A stretch of DNA of 60,497 nt from Myxococcota bacterium (GTDB lineage Bacteria > Myxococcota_A > Bradymonadia > UBA7976 > UBA1532). The notes beneath the pieces were generated by a model. The model saw only the letters and a program-made list of their open reading frames with translations, made no database searches and had not been told where the DNA came from. Shown here one piece after another: positions 59,705-60,497 of this stretch; position 1 is the stretch's first letter, and every line of letters begins with the position of its first letter. Position numbers and translations under genes: made by a program. The stretch is taken from assembly GCA_036337435.1 (NCBI GenBank), contig JAYZEG010000089.1:1-60497 (forward strand), given 5' to 3'.

Positions 59705-60497
59705 CTATTGGCTGCGGTATTCGCCCTCAGAGAACAATTGGTCTCGAACAGTGATATTGGGACAACGCAGAACGTCGTCTGCATCTTCACACCAGTCAAT
59801 GCTCGCGACGTGCCACAGTTGTCGAGGTTCATTCATTTCGCGCCCAACGAATTCATTAAGCAGTTCCCCTCGAGCAAAGATTCGAACGGTCACATAAGAT
59901 GGATGCTGGGCTCGCGGATCGTTCATAGCATCGCCGAAGGTGCTTTCGTTCCGGAAGTAAATTGCAGCGACGTCATACGTGATCCCGACTTCAGGATTAG
60001 CCAAATTGACGTTTTCAGGACCAGCCCCATTTGTATCATCGATGTCCAATGATGGGTTGTCTGACACATCTCCTTCGGCGCCCCAATCTGGCGTTTTATT
60101 TCTGAAATACACGTCGTATTCATTGGCCGCCGCTCCCCAACCATCGCCGGCTAACTGGTGTCGAAAATGTAAATCAACGTCTGTTCCGAATTGGTCGCTC
60201 TCGTCTGGATCATCAGGGGTAGACCACACCAGTTGTACGTGGAGGTCTTTCTCGGGGATCGCCTCAACCGTTATAGTCGCTACGGGCGGCGTGCATGCAG
60301 GGCTGCTCGATTGCCCAAGGTTGTCGACAACCCGCAGTTCAATGGTATAGCGGCCTGCCAGGTCGACGAAAAATTGTGCTGTCGGCGTTGTGGCATCGTC
60401 GGCCTCACCACCGTCGGCTGGTCGGCGCGGATCTGTGAACAGTTCGACCGGTTGGCTCGTGCTGCCATCGGGCCTTTCTACAACGGTCCATTCCCAT
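59705..60497 (-). CDS. C-terminal part of a surface protein with PKD/REJ-like and YfaP/DUF2135-like domains; 5' end outside the window
   Basis: The frame is open to the window edge: WEWTVVERPDGS...FFVDLAGRYTIELRVVD...LHVQLVW...DVDLH...PSLDIDDTNGAGPENVNL. Confidence 0.75.
   Translation of the reverse strand, partial: WEWTVVERPDGSTSQPVELFTDPRRPADGGEADDATTPTAQFFVDLAGRYTIELRVVDNLGQSSSPACTPPVATITVEAIPEKDLHVQLVWSTPDDPDESDQFGTDVDLHFRHQLAGDGWGAAANEYDVYFRNKTPDWGAEGDVSDNPSLDIDDTNGAGPENVNLANPEVGITYDVAAIYFRNESTFGDAMNDPRAQHPSYVTVRIFARGELLNEFVGREMNEPRQLWHVASIDWCEDADDVLRCPNITVRDQLFSEGEYRSQ

Noticed and set aside
1..60497. Mobile elements, prophage, CRISPR, defence systems, tRNA/rRNA, and the many short alternative-frame ORFs in the track
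   Set aside because: No transposase, integrase, phage, cas or nuclease motifs, regular repeat-spacer arrays or tRNA cloverleafs were seen by eye. The short ORFs lie within or antisense to well-supported genes.

Overview
This is a gene-dense bacterial chromosomal segment of about 38 CDS. It is most likely from a Myxococcota/Bradymonadia-like deltaproteobacterium. That assignment is inferred from a MYXO-CTERM-like tail, many Cys-rich lipoproteins, a 3,348-aa TPR giant, a Ser/Thr kinase, PilZ and MshEN-like proteins, and a sigma-54 activator. Recognisable modules are a MaoC-dehydratase/FabG4-like/thiolase cassette, a complete nickel-SOD cassette (sodN, sodX and a His-rich Ni permease), cyoE, prmA-rsmE, a divergent waaA and an LptF/G-type permease. 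Most other genes encode cell-envelope proteins of unknown role. The best candidate for an undescribed system is the right-hand cluster (53.8-60.5 kb): three lipoproteins built from tandem ASH/choice-of-anchor-D-type Ig domains, one ending in a MIDAS-containing vWA domain, plus a truncated fourth surface protein. Other leads are a tetraheme lipoprotein with a degenerate UshA-like CxC domain, several apparent pseudo-enzymes (M16, M48-like), and a GC-rich ~184-nt intergenic stretch that folds like a structured RNA. I saw no rRNA, tRNA, CRISPR array, transposase or integrase. All family assignments are by motif recognition only; no searches were run.
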